Shown here: piece after piece, positions 12,158-25,625 of the stretch
How the letters are laid out: every line of letters begins with the position of its first letter
How positions within the stretch are numbered: position 1 is the first letter of the stretch
Origin: Octopus bimaculoides
Lineage: Eukaryota
Direction: 5' to 3'
Length of the DNA: 52,563 nt
NCBI RefSeq assembly: GCF_001194135.2
Contig: NC_068984.1
Location: 129,362,537-129,415,099, forward strand
Notes under the pieces: model-generated
Databases searched by the model: none
What the model saw: the letters and a program-made list of their open reading frames with translations, nothing else
Told to the model about the DNA's origin: nothing
Position numbers and translations under genes: made by a program

Positions 12158-13215
12158 CTGAAGAAAAATGAAAAATATAAGCAATAAAAAACAAATCAAT
12201 TGAATAAAAAAGGAAAAGAATTTTTAAATAATAATTTTCAAAAGAATCATAAATTTCTTGAAATCTTTCAAAAAAAATCTAAAGATATTTTCAATAAGAA
12301 ATCTAGTTTTCTTAGAGAATTTTTTTCTTTCTTTTTAGTCATTAGCCTCATACTAAATTGTATAAAGAAATATTTTAATATCCTCAAACCCAGCATCCAG
12401 CAAACTGCCAAATACTGAACTAAATAACAAATCTTTTTAATCTTAATTGAAAACTAAACAGAAATTTCTTACATGAGAGTTTTTTCTGACATTTCAAACA
12501 GGATAAGGAAATTATTGAATAAAACAATATCATTTTCATCATGTGTTACTGCTTAGTTAGTCGATTCGTTTAAGAACATTAAGAAATGTCATATCCATAT
12601 CATGAAAATTTAACAGTTTTGACAATATTTCTAAAAGTTAACTTCCTAATACATGAAAAGGAAAATTGACAGGGCTGAAATGTGTAATGAAACAGTAGCC
12701 CCTTTTATCTATTCTATTGAGTTATAACACCTAGGGTACCCACTTATTGAACATAGTTTGGATCATTGGGAATTAACAAACAAGTATGAATCAATTATTT
12801 GGTTAATAGGTTGATATCGGAATGATGTGACCAGCTAAAACACTTTTTTTTTTTGTGGTGGTGGTGGTGGGAGGGATATCAAGTATTCAACTAACATTAT
12901 GGTAGAAAGAAAAAAACATTTATTTTCAGCTGTTTAAAATAGATTTAGACACTGTGGATTAAGGAATGCTTTATAATATGATAAAAAGTACAATTGAGTT
13001 AAATGATTTTTTTCTTTTTACTTGTTATGCAGTTTAATGACTGAAACAAAGAAAAGAAAAAAATATATATACTCAAATCATTTAATAAAATGTTGTTGTT
13101 TTTTTTATCATATTAGACCAATTGTATTAGTGGAGATGAATTTGAACATAGATTAGCTATTTCATTATTTTTCAAAATAAAATATTATTATTATTATTAT
13201 TATTACTATCAATTA

Positions 13216-13389
13216 GAAGGTTGCAGACTGGCAGAATCATTTTATGGTCTCAGATCAAATGCAGCCAAGAACAATTTTGTCCTCCATCCTTTTGGGGTTG
13301 ATAAAATGGATACCAGTTGAGCACTGGGGTCAATATGATCAATTTACCTTTCCCCTCAAAAATGCTGGCCTTGCACCAAAATTAGAAAG
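13216..13389 (+). mobile_element. Family B SINE with 18-bp target-site duplication
   Basis: tattattactatcaatta at 13198-13215 and 13390-13407. Confidence 0.8.
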
Positions 13390-16300
13390 TATTATTACTA
13401 TCAATTATAACAAATTATTATTATTATTATTATATAAAAAGTTTCTATTAATAATACTAGCAGAAATACTGCTCTCCAGTTCTTCTGCCATCATTATTAT
13501 AAAGATATATGTTATTAAATATATAATAATATCTGTGATCAAGGCTGCAGTTTATTTATTTTAGAAGTTACTCTTCATCTTCCACCATAGGGACTCCAAT
13601 GTTGAGTACCCACATATAAACCTTCCTTCATCAGCCCAAAATAAGTATACTTTGTTGTTGTGTATTCCCTGACAATTCATGGTTAAACAAAACTATGATG
13701 AAAGGCAATCTTGTTGTTTATATATCAAGAACTATATCTTTCAATATAGCCTTTAAGACAGATGTGGTTTGTGAGATTCTTGGCTGCTATTTTCAGCATA
13801 TTGAGTGATTGTGTGTCAGCTCCTTGTTGAGCATAACTGTCTGACAATGAATGACCCATTCTCTCCTTCCTGTCTTCATATCTTCAGAGAAAATGGTTGA
13901 ACAGATAGGCAAGTGAGTTCATTACTTCAGTAAAGTGATTATCTTTAGAGAGATGGTGTAAATTTTACTCCATCAATTTGAAAAGTTTAATAATATTTAT
14001 TATACATCAATAAATATATAATATTAAATTTTTCAAGTTGATGGCGGGAAAACTTTTCATCATTTGATAAAACATTTCATTTGAATTTACTGATTAGTTT
14101 GTTTGTTTGTTTTTTAAGAGCACTGCTAAACATTATATAAAACCACTACAAACCATCAAGGAACTTCTACTTGGTCATTGAAACTGCAAGAAATAGCAAC
14201 CAAATCTTCCTCAAATCACACCCTACTACCTTAGATAAATTGAATATAGCCCTTGATATACAAAAGTAGTAGAATGCCCTGACTATTTAGAATGCCCCTG
14301 ACTTTGGGCTATTCTTAGTCAGGAATGAATTGTAGTTCAACAACTACTACTGCCTGTGTTATTTTCCTTCACAAACTATGTCACATTAATTATAGAAAGT
14401 CAGTTAAAATATTGAATGAGTTGAAACACATTAACAAATTAATTCAGATTAGATTAATAGACACAGAGTATAAAACGATAAAAATGTTATTATTTTTAAC
14501 TTTCAAGTAAAAACTACAGCTATGTAGTTATTTTCTATCTATCATTATCATTTTGTATTTTTTGATAAAATCAGGGTAAATATCAGCTACTTTTAAGTGG
14601 GGTATAAGGTGTACCAAAGTGTAGTATAATTTAAGAAAGTATTACACTCAAACTGCTTTATTTAATCCTATACTTACACATACTTAATATTATTACTGAG
14701 GTTAAATCTAAATGCTTAATATGTTTAAATATACTTAACCAGCCAACAATTTATTCATTGAAGAACTAAGTGGATTCTAATTACTTAACTCATCAGATCT
14801 CCCCAACACAAAATATGTATTCCTTCCTCATGGTTTGCAACAAAAAGAAAATTACTTCAACAAAAAAGATTTTTTTTAAAAATAATAATTTTAAAAAAGC
14901 CATGAACTGAAAAAAGATATCCTTAGACTAAAGCTTCTCAGAATTTACATACGTCAATAAGTTTATTTTTAAAACACAGTTTTAGTTAGCAGCTACAACA
15001 AGAAACTAAAACTAGGTTGTGGCTATGCTTTCTGTAAAATGGCCTTCATAATCAGGTGGATACCTAAGACAGTAACAATGAAGAAATACGAAGTTTCAAT
15101 AAAAGACACTGAAATACTGCAGCTAGTCATTGCATTCAGAAAAGATAAGGATAATAAAGCATCAATAAATATTTAAGGCACACACAGTGGCCTTAGCAGA
15201 CAGTTAATATAAGGGAGATAATCAATTCTTCATAATATTTGGCAGGATTGCACGTTCAAATTTGAAATTAAGGAATAAGCTACATAGTATAAACATATTT
15301 ATTGATCTTATTATTTTTTTGGCTTATTATGACTCTTTCTCTTTGCCAGAACAATACATGTAGTCCCAAAATTTGTCCAGTCAATTTTTATCACTAGTAA
15401 TCGTGTGTGAAATCAAATAGTAGTTGTGTGTGTGTCTGTGTGCATGTGCATGTAGACAATCCTCCAGATTCATCTGGTCAACTTTCATACTGCCGGGACT
15501 TTCAGAAGTTCAAGGAATACATAGGTAGACTGAAGGAGTCTCAACACGTGCCTGTATCAGGAAGAGCTGGAAAGCTGGGCATTATCTCCCCACCGCCCAC
15601 CTCTACCTTATATATAGTATTATATATATATAGTATTATATATATATATATTATATATTAGCAAGAAGTGTCACCTAATTATTCACTCAGTCATTGTAAG
15701 GGATCATACATGTCACTCATGATCTATAAGTTTGACAATTCAACTGAATAGTTATATTTTGAACAAACTAGAACAAGCAGATATGAAGTGTGTGTGATTT
15801 CAGTTTTCCCCCTAAGAGAATTAGGAAATCTCAGAAATATAAGATTCACTTCCTCTAGCCATATTCTTCCTCCAGTTTCTGGTATTAAAAAGATAAACTA
15901 TATGCAAGCAGAATAACAAAAGCAGAAGTAAATATATAGTCACAGTAAGCGGGACATAGAATGGGGAAGGATTATCAAAGAGAGTAGAAGGTTATTGAGA
16001 AAAAGTAAAGAAGTGAAGAAAAAAAGGAGAGAACATGCAGTTGTGTCTGAAATAGGAGGAATAATATTTAATATCTGCCAGACTGTTGCAGTGAAGCTGT
16101 GCATTCAACAGTGCAGCAGTTAAAGGGAGCATAAGAGCAGTGACTGTGATAATTGTGCACCAAGTGCACCAGTGAAGAAATTATTTTTTACAAAAAAAAA
16201 AGAAACTATTATATAAAATAAAACTCAATGGAGAAAAGTGGGGGGAAAATGGTACAAATTCAATCTCATATCTTAAACAAGAATTGAGCTTCCATGTTAC

Positions 16301-16784
16301 AGAGAAAACTAAACTGTTTTATTTTCATAAGTGAAAACTATATAGTTTAAGTTAACAAGTAGATGTAGCAGGAAGGTCTTAAATTATTTCCTAACTTACA
16401 AACTGATAGGTTGTTACAATTTTTTTCTTTCCATTTGTGTTCCCCTCAAGGCCCTAGGTGTGTAGAAGTGAATGGGTGGTAGGGGATTGGTGCAGGAAGT
16501 TTGCAAGATTGTATGGAGAGCAGGAATGAGGGGATAGGGGAGGCAGCCTGAAACTGTAAAAAGGTTGAGTAAAGTCGAAGAGTGATGACCAATGAATCAT
16601 ATGAGTTGGGAAAGAATAGAGGGATGCAAGGGGGAGTGAGGGGAGAAGTTGCAGGATAATAATGATATAATTGACAGGGAGAGGACAAGACAGACAAGAA
16701 GGTGAGGTTGGCTGTAGGAGCAGGGAAAGAGGTAAGTATAGGACATGGTGAATTAATGTAATGTGAGTGCTACTGCATGAGAAC

Positions 16785-17096
16785 TTGGGCAAATGCCTTT
16801 TATTATCACTCTGAGCTAACCTAAGCTTTGTCAGTGGATCTGCTACATGGAAACTGAAATCATTGTATGTGTGTGTTACTGAGTCCATGCCTTGACTTTA
16901 TGCAGTAGTTGTAAAACAAGTGCTATACCATGCAAGTGGTGTCCTTCATTTCCAATCATCTAGGAAAACATGTCTTGTCATGATAGAATATTACTTTACT
17001 TGGAAACAGGTGAGGGCTAGCAACAGGAAGGGCATCCAGCCACAGAAATTCTGTCCAGCTCATGTGAACATCAAAAAGTGGTCATTAAAAACAAGG

Positions 17097-17100
<4 letters not shown>
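16785..17100 (+). mobile_element. Diverged composite SINE (family A-like core with RTE-like 3' segment)
   Basis: cttgggcaaatg..gtggatctg..ggaaactgaa core; aacaggaagggcatccagc matches the RTE 3' UTR motif aggaagggcatccagctgta. Confidence 0.55.
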
Positions 17101-17130
<30 letters not shown>

Positions 17131-17484
17131 NNNNNNNNNNNNNNNNNNNNNNNNNNNNNNNNNNNNNNNNNNNNNNNNNNNNNNNNNNNNNNNNNNNNNN
17201 TATATATATATATATATATTGTTTGTTTGTTTATTCATGTTTTTAACATCAATTTTTCCAAGCTAACATAGGTTAGACAGGGATATATTTGAGGTAGGAT
17301 TTAATACCTAGATGCTCTTCTTGTCATCAAAACTTACCTGCTTTTTAAATAAGGGATTTTTTAAAAATATTCTACACATCTTTGAAAGCACAGACCAACT
17401 GATCATAATGTCATCAAGGAATATAAACATCATTCACTGTTTCACTCAAGCATAACTGTGGGGTGTCAACAATGGAGCACAGTG

Positions 17485-17517
<33 letters not shown>

Positions 17518-20500
17518 CAATTTATAGATCAAAGCAATGAAATCATAGTGTAACTATAAATACACATGAAAGTGAAGAGGCTAGTACTTCATAAAATTAA
17601 TATTAAAATGCTGCTTCTATTTCATCTGCAACTTCTCAATAATTCATTATGATAATTATATTTTCAGTATTCAGAATTCCTTATAAATAAACTACATTTC
17701 TAACTGGGAATCTTGGTTAAAAAATCATTTTACAGAGACAATTTAAAATAACTAGTTTTTTTATATCTATAGAAGCAATATTCTGAAGAGGTCTTGTGAT
17801 TCTAAATTCAGGAAGATTTGTTTAATTTCTAAATTTATTATTATTATTACAATTTTCTTTAACCATTTCTTATTCTCTACCCAAAATATATAGCTGTTTA
17901 TCAATATTGAGTTGATTTTTTTAAAGACAAAAAATAGTACATATAACCATGCAAAAAAAAATATTCAGGTTAATTATACCATGAAAAAATATCTTAGGTG
18001 TAATAAGATTAATTAATCTAATAATCTATCATTGCTTTCAGTCAGTGAACTGTGACTACATTTATACATAATAGAATTTCAATTGTATAACCACTTTTGT
18101 GACTACGTTTATACATAATAGAGTTTCAATTGTATAACTACTTTTACATAAACCTTCCTTTGAGAGATTCTAAAACAACTTGCCAAAATATTTAAAAAAG
18201 AGAGTAAATAAAAGACAGGAAGAAACAATCTTTTCCTTATATGTCATTAGTAAATTCAATGTTCATTTTAATAGAATATATAAAACTATGTGAAAGTTGT
18301 TTAGAAGGCTAATCTTTGACAAAGTCAGTTAGTCATTTTAAAGAAGGTTCTTAACTAAACTTATATAGAAACACTTAATGATTATTATTTGTACCAAATA
18401 CAGATATTTATAGATTAAAAAAAAAACAAAGAAACAAAATATGATTAATATCATGAAATTGGACTACAAACAAATAGTTTAATTAAAACATATAACCCAA
18501 AAAATAAAACCAACTTCTTAAATATTTTTAAGCATTTCACCTTTAAAATCTTTGCAAATATAACAAAACACTGGAGAAAAACTTAAAAGAACATAAACAG
18601 AATATGAAACCAGTGAGAAGAAATAGATGCTAAGTTCACAAAAGTTATGAGAAAGAAGACAGAGAAAGATAGAAGAGACACAGCATTTCAAAAGCAAACC
18701 TATGGAAATGATTAACAAATTTAAGATAACTAAACATAAAATAGAAACAGACAAATATACATGGATAAGACTGTACACACAATGAAAAATCAAAACTTTA
18801 AACGTTTTATGAAAAACAATGAATATTGAGTCTTACCTTTTGAAATGACAGTTTGATAAAAGTTAATAGTTGAGAGAGAAAGTGAAGGGAAGAGAGCTAA
18901 CAAATGTGATTTGGGGAAGAATTCTAGTACAATTATTAAACGGTGTGAAATTGGGGGTGAAATTCCAGACATTTTAAAGCAACTAACAAGCTGATTTATT
19001 TCATTCAAATGGATTTTATAAGAAATAATATAGTTAAATGTAAAAGAATAAAAAAATGTTAAATGTAATAAAAGATGGTTTTTATATAACATGTATATAT
19101 CAACAATAGTATAGGAATATTAAAGGTTAAGTTAAGAACTAACAAATTCCTCATGGCATATTTATTTCAATGTTTGAACTCTTTATAGTACTATTTACGA
19201 ATGTATCACAGCATGAATAGTCTCCTCGAATTATCCTGACTTGATATATAATAACAGTTTATATTCATCTTCTTAGAAAGTGTAAACCTATACAGATTAA
19301 ATGTACCAATTTATAGTCAATAGAGGGGAATAAACTTTCAGCTTATTTGTGTACGATTATGGTATCCGTTTATGTGATTTATCTGTCAAGAAATATGTCT
19401 GTCACACTGAACTGAAATAAACTCATCTAATGGTATTTTGATGTCGATTTCTTCTCAAGTTTCTTTCCAGCTTTATACTCCCACCAATGACTCTTAATTA
19501 ACACTGCTTTTGAGAAATATAAGCACACTGAAAAATTTACAATTCTCAGCAAGTCATATGAAAGAATCCCTGAGAAACTAGCTTCCATCGGTTGGGTACT
19601 TTGTGATGTAATCTTTTGTTGAAGAATAATGGTTTATTGGGGGAATTTGTCACACATTTTCATTTTGTATCCCAATCTGCTTCTTTGCATTTTTGAATTC
19701 CAATATTCTAAAATCTGACTTATCTCATTCACTCAAGACTTCCTTGAGCTTCCTCTACCTTCACCACCAATTCAACCAGTTTTTCCTCCCAACATAGAAT
19801 TATTTATTCACATACAAACCCAGCAGTCAACTATCATGGTTCAACATACTGAGCTACTTTATCAACAAATTACTAGTGTTTGTTAGCTTGTCCAAAGCTG
19901 ATTTTGATAATCCCTCTCTCTCTCTCACTGTTTTCTTAGTTTTGCATTGTGGATACATTTCCACCTAACAAGAACTCATACAGAACTTATTTTTATATTA
20001 ATTCTCACCAATTTTTCCATTGAAACACACTCGTCATGGTCTCTAAAAATTCATTATTGGTGAAACAAACACACAGGGGGTTGGTAATTGTTTTTCAACC
20101 CTGACTGAGCAGACCTAATCAGTAATGTTCTACTCCTGATAAAACTGTAGGGTTTAATTTGAGGGAGATTTGACAGCTATTTCTAACAAGCTGTGCAACT
20201 ATATAGAAGTTCTCTCCTTGGCTCCATTTTATGCTTGCTTTCCAAATGGCACTGGTTGGACAGACCATCACAGTACAAGTCAGTTCTTATTAAGAATAGA
20301 AAACCCTGACTTTCAGATGTTCCGTTACTGACATGGCTCCTATAGTTGGATGTCTTTCCTAACACTAACCATTTTACTGAGTGTACAGAGTGCATTTTAT
20401 CAAGGTACCAACACTAAAGAGGTTGTCATGTCCTCAAATAGACAAGACTAAAGGGTCCTCTTAATTCTACATTTTCTCCACTTGTTCTACAACCACTTTG

Positions 20501-20934
20501 GAGAGTATACTGGGAGCGTTTTATCACAACAGCATTGCATTGTAGCTATCAGATTACATTAAGTAAAAAAAAAAAAGAAGAGGAAAACAAAACAAATTGC
20601 ATGAGTAACTTGTAAAACTTAAAAGTATTTAGAATAACAGAAAAAAAATATTTTATAAAAATGGGGTCAGTAAAATAAAATGCACTCTAAGCATATCAAC
20701 TGAATTGTATTCATCATCTTCAAAAATATGTTAATTCAGTAATACTTATGCTTCAGAATAACCATAAGGTTAATTAACAAAAAAATTAAATTAATGACAA
20801 CCAAATAAAAGATATTACAAATATAATAACAGGATTTTACAAAAAAATTGAAGGATAATCTCTTATCTTTTAATGAGGAAATTATATAATTAATTAATAT
20901 AATTATCTATCTTTTATCCTTTTTTTTTTTGTCT

Positions 20935-21200
20935 GCAGCCATGTTGGGGTATCACCTTTAAGGGTTCAGTGGAGTAGACCAACCCCACCCCGACCCAGAA
21001 ATTTTTTTTTCTTTTGCAAAAATCTGCTATTTATCCACTCAGTCTTTTGCTGAACTGCTAAGTTACAGAGACGTAAACAAACCAACACCAAGGTAGAGGG
21101 ACAAAAATAAACACACACACACACATATATATATAAACAGGCTTCCATACAATTTCCACTCACAAGGAATGGTTGACTTGGAGACAAAGTAGAATGCAGT
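20935..21200 (-). mobile_element. Partial family A SINE
   Basis: cagtcttttgctgaactgctaagttac...(CA)n(TA)n...caggcttccatacaatttcc. Confidence 0.65.
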
Positions 21201-23778
21201 CGGAATGAATCCAAATGAACAAAATACCCATTTTCTATAATGATATTTAGTCCCTTCATATACATTATTACTGTATACAGTGATAACCTAATGAGTGCAC
21301 TAATTAAGAACTCATTAGCAATACACTCCTATAGACATACTGACATGGATGTACAAGTATAGTTAGTGGAACCAATGGATGGGAAAAAGGTATACATGAT
21401 CGATGCTTCGATCATGCCCAATGCACTGGACAAGATAACAACATGAGCAGGTGCCAACCCATCCCAGGCCATCCCTGGTTACCAAGCTGAAGGTTATGGA
21501 CAACTTAAAAATGCATTGGTGAAAGTAAAATTCTGCAACCTGGATGCCACAAAGCTGGAAGTAGGACTAGGAAACCAAAGTTAGAAGGGATGGAAATAGT
21601 TTGAAAATTACTATTTCTGTTAGAAAGAGTTCCCTTTCTCATGTGAAGAGGATACCTCATTAGATATTTGTAGGAAATGCAATGTATGGAATGAATGCAG
21701 AAATAAGAAATTCAAAGTTTATACAATGAATGGAGAAGAACAAGTACAGTATGATTCATGGGATTTGCAGTATTACCATACATGAAACAAGGAAATTGCA
21801 GCAAAGCTGCGTGATAATGGTATCAGACATGACATGCAGACTCTTCATATAACTTGTTTGACATTGTGTTTGTATTCTTTTCTTCCATTTTAATTTGACA
21901 TGTACATTGTTTTTATTCTTCTCTTCCGTTTTACAAATTCGGTTCATACATCTCTTTCCGGTTCCCACTCAAAACTGTTTACTGATCACAGCCATCTCAC
22001 AGATCTGTGGTTATGAGGAGTGCTTCACACTCCAATGGTTATGAAAAAAATGAGTAGAAACGTGTCAATAAAGTGACTGGGTAACACAGGTGTTGACAGC
22101 TGACTGCTTTTGTTTGAACACATCATGTGAAAAAAATGATTGCTGTTGGGAGAGAAAGCGGTTTGAGTTGCTGATGGATAGTATCCATAGAAGAGAAAAT
22201 ATTAAGAATATTGATATAAGAGATAAAGCATGATTGAGCCACAAAGAAAATGTCATATTACAGATCCACCCAACAGGTAAAACCCACATGTAACAGTCAT
22301 TGAAGGAGACTCACTATCTCAAATGTAAAAACAGTAACTTATAGTTGAGCATATTTAATAATCCTTATAGAATCAACAGTTACTCAGAGCTGGGATATTT
22401 CTTGGTTGCTTTATTGTTTTAGCAATGTTCAGAATATGAAGTTTCCATGAGGAGAGTGAAACATTTTTGTACCAATGTTTTGGCACCACCAATTTAGCAT
22501 CACTGATTTGATACTGACTTACTTGGCATCAGATATTTTAATGTTTCTCTCTTTCTCTACCTCCCACCCATCCTCTCTCTCTGTTTATATGGTGAGCATA
22601 TTTCTCTTTATGTGTTGTGTATGAGGAGAGGAAACATGCTCATGTATATTGTAAAAGTCTCTCTATCTCCCTTTTTACATGTATGTGTACATTTTTGCAT
22701 TCATGTGCATGTGTATTGGCCTCCAGTACCAAAAATGCTGTCATCAAAACAAGCTGAATATCCAGTTAGCCATGCCAAACCACCAGCATCAAAATAGCCA
22801 TGCCAAATTGTATTATTCCACTTCAAGAGGTTGCTGGAGGTAATAAAGTCAAAACTTTTTAGGATATCTTTTAAGTTTGGAGTTATTGATGAAAAATTAT
22901 ACAGTGATGCGGTAGCTCTTTCTTTAAATAAATACTCTTCACAGTCTGGTCTGAAAGTATGCTGTTAAAATAGAGGACATCTAGTGGAAGACATTATAAA
23001 TTATGAGAGCTGTATGATGATCCTTGTGGGACACCTAAGCTGATTCAGAATTGAGAAGTACCAGTGCTGAGAAGGGATGTGATTGAGTCAGATTCACATG
23101 ATTAGATCTATATATATTTAATAGGAAAGGAATTGAACCAAGTAATTGCAATGCCACATGTTTTCAAAGACATTGCTACGTGTAACAGGTTTATTTTTAA
23201 ATGGTTTTCTAAAGCCAGAGAGAGACTATTTGTTGAAAACAACATTAATATATTAGTTTTGAATTCATTACAAATATGAGGTGCTTGTGACTGATATGCT
23301 AGCTTAAAGATATCTAATAATAGTATTTAGTATTAATTTGCAGACAAAATATTGCAGTGTAGATTACAAAAACAATATCTCCATTTGAAAACATCTAATC
23401 TCTGGAGAATGTCCTGATGTCCTTTAAGCTTACATTAAACTTATAAGTAAAAAGTTAAACTTTTCCATTAAACTATAAAACAAGTGTCCAAGAAACAACA
23501 GTGTTTTCTTAAAATATGTTAAATAAATTAATTCATATAGAACAAAAATAATTAGAAAACAATTTTATATTAATACAATAGTGTTGCAACTAAATAAAAA
23601 CACTGTAGCTGGATGTTGAAGAAGCAACATAAAAAGAAAAAAATCAAAAGCAAAACTGAAAGAAAAAAAAACTAACACACTGTTTGTAATAAATGTTGCA
23701 AAGAGGCTGCAAAAATTGCTTTTAGGAATAAAGAGAAAGAGAAACATAGAAGTAAAGAGGGGAATTAGCTGCAATTAC

Positions 23779-23802
23779 TTGAATGGCAATCTTGTTTTAG
23801 AC
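23779..23802 (-). CDS. Candidate 24-nt alternative microexon or alternative terminal exon of aralar (adds SKTRLPFK)
   Basis: Acceptor ttattccgttttcttcgcAG, donor GTaatt; phase 2 to 2 and stop-free, matching the phase-2 host intron. No transcript evidence. Confidence 0.5.
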
Positions 23803-25394
23803 CTGCGAAGAAAACGGAATAAGTATTTATCAGAGTATGGTAAAAGTACAATTCGGAATTGAGTGTCCAAAAACATTGTCTCTTCAATGCATTGATTAAC
23901 CTTACTGATTTAAGATTTCTCATCTGTTTACTTTCTAATATTGGAATATAAATATTCGTTACATTTGCTGAAATGTAAATCTTATTAAAGAAAGATGTTA
24001 CGATGTTATTGTTTTAAAAATTTATTTCTGATGATTCTTGAAAAGAAAACAAAATCTAATTACTCATTTTTAATTTAATATCAATTTAATATCAAAAGAT
24101 AATAGTCAAAGTAATTAACTGGTGATTAGCTGGTAGATTCTAAACATTAAGTAGGAGCCGCAAAAAGAAAATATTTTAAAATAACAAGATACCAACAATG
24201 GCTTACTGGCAATTATTTTCAACACAGCCTTGTCTACACTCATCAATATCTAATACAGAAGGAATTGCAATGGCTGAGCAGAGCCAAGAAGAGCCAAGAC
24301 CTTGTATTCTGTAACTGGTATTGTGCCAGTTACAGGATACTGTCTTACCACCTTACTTTACAATATTTCAAAGACTTCAGACACGTTAGGTGAGAGTAGA
24401 ACAGGTAAGATAACAGAACAACTTAGATTGACAAACTGGCTGGAATATAACCAAAAGGTTCTGCTAATTCATTGTGCATGATCAAATCTCACAAGAGAAT
24501 GAAGTAACACCTTTTAATTAGAATCCTATTTTCTTTCACATACAGTTTACAATGATCCAGCCTACTACACTTTTTCATCACCACTTCAGTACTTAGTAAC
24601 TGAATCATAAATACAAACTTCACAGAGGTCGATAGAGATAGAAATTAAAAGCTAAGACTATAATAAAAATTACATATTACATAACAAAACATCCATATAT
24701 TATTTTTATCATCACACTTGACAATATTTCAATATCTTTTCCAAACTACAAAATCATCTTCTGACCAATAATTTTCAATTTGCTTTTACTTCAAGAAAAC
24801 AAACAGAAATATATGGGAACATTAAATCACTTGCCAAAATTTGGTAATTGTGGTAAACTTAAAACAAGCTCCTTTAATTTAAGTCTTCTATATTCTAAAA
24901 ATCCTATGCTAAGCCTTGATCTATACCTAATTTTTACTCATCACTGGTCTTTCACAAATCATTCACTGTAAATTTCCAATATTATTCAAAGAACATGAGC
25001 CTTGGCTTAAATTTCTGTAGGTTACACACCTTGTAGAAATTTCATACAGACATATATTCAAAAATAAGCCACTATAGTTGAAGATAGCTTCAAAATAATA
25101 TTCGTTATAGAGTGAACATGTTTTAAAGAAACAAAATTATTGTAATTAATTAAATGTAAATAAATCTTGACTTCAGAATACACTTGGAATTAGTAATCAA
25201 TATTAACATACTAATCCATATAGCTGATGAAATTAAAGGATTAAAAATAAATTATTTCAATTTTTTGCAAGATTAAAACTTCCTTTCTAAACTCTAGTGA
25301 TATCAAGTATACAAAATTTGCAGGAACGATTACTGTTGACAATTAATTAAATCAGGTTTCCAGTTTTGACCTTTAATTAGTTTCATTAGTTCAT

Positions 25395-25625
25395 CATCAT
25401 CACCATTTAATGCACGTTTTCCATACTGACATAGACTGGACAGTTTCACAGAAGTTGGTGAGTCTCAGAAGACTGTCAGGCTCCAATGTCTACTTTGGCA
25501 TAGTCTCTACAGCCAGATGCCATTCCTAATACCAACCACATTGCAGAGTGTACTGGGTGCTTTTTACATAGCACCAGCAGTATTGAGGTCACCAAGACAC
25601 TCACAAGACAAGACTCCACCTCAGA
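25395..25625 (-). mobile_element. RTE LINE 3'-end fragment
   Basis: catcatcatcacc...ctacagccagatgccattcctaataccaaccac, homologous to 44262-44600. Confidence 0.65.

Noticed and set aside
15407-15661. Plus-strand 84-aa ORF as a nested gene exon
   Set aside because: No recognisable homology or partner exons, and it is bounded by microsatellites.
17332-17360. Perfect CAG|GTAAGT ratchet-like motif on the minus strand
   Set aside because: The upstream sequence is A-rich rather than pyrimidine-rich and appears to lie in an interspersed repeat; chance-level.
21300-22300. GC-richer block with short ORFs, possibly a nested gene or old transposon
   Set aside because: All frames are interrupted and no motif is recognisable; it could not be assigned without a database search.
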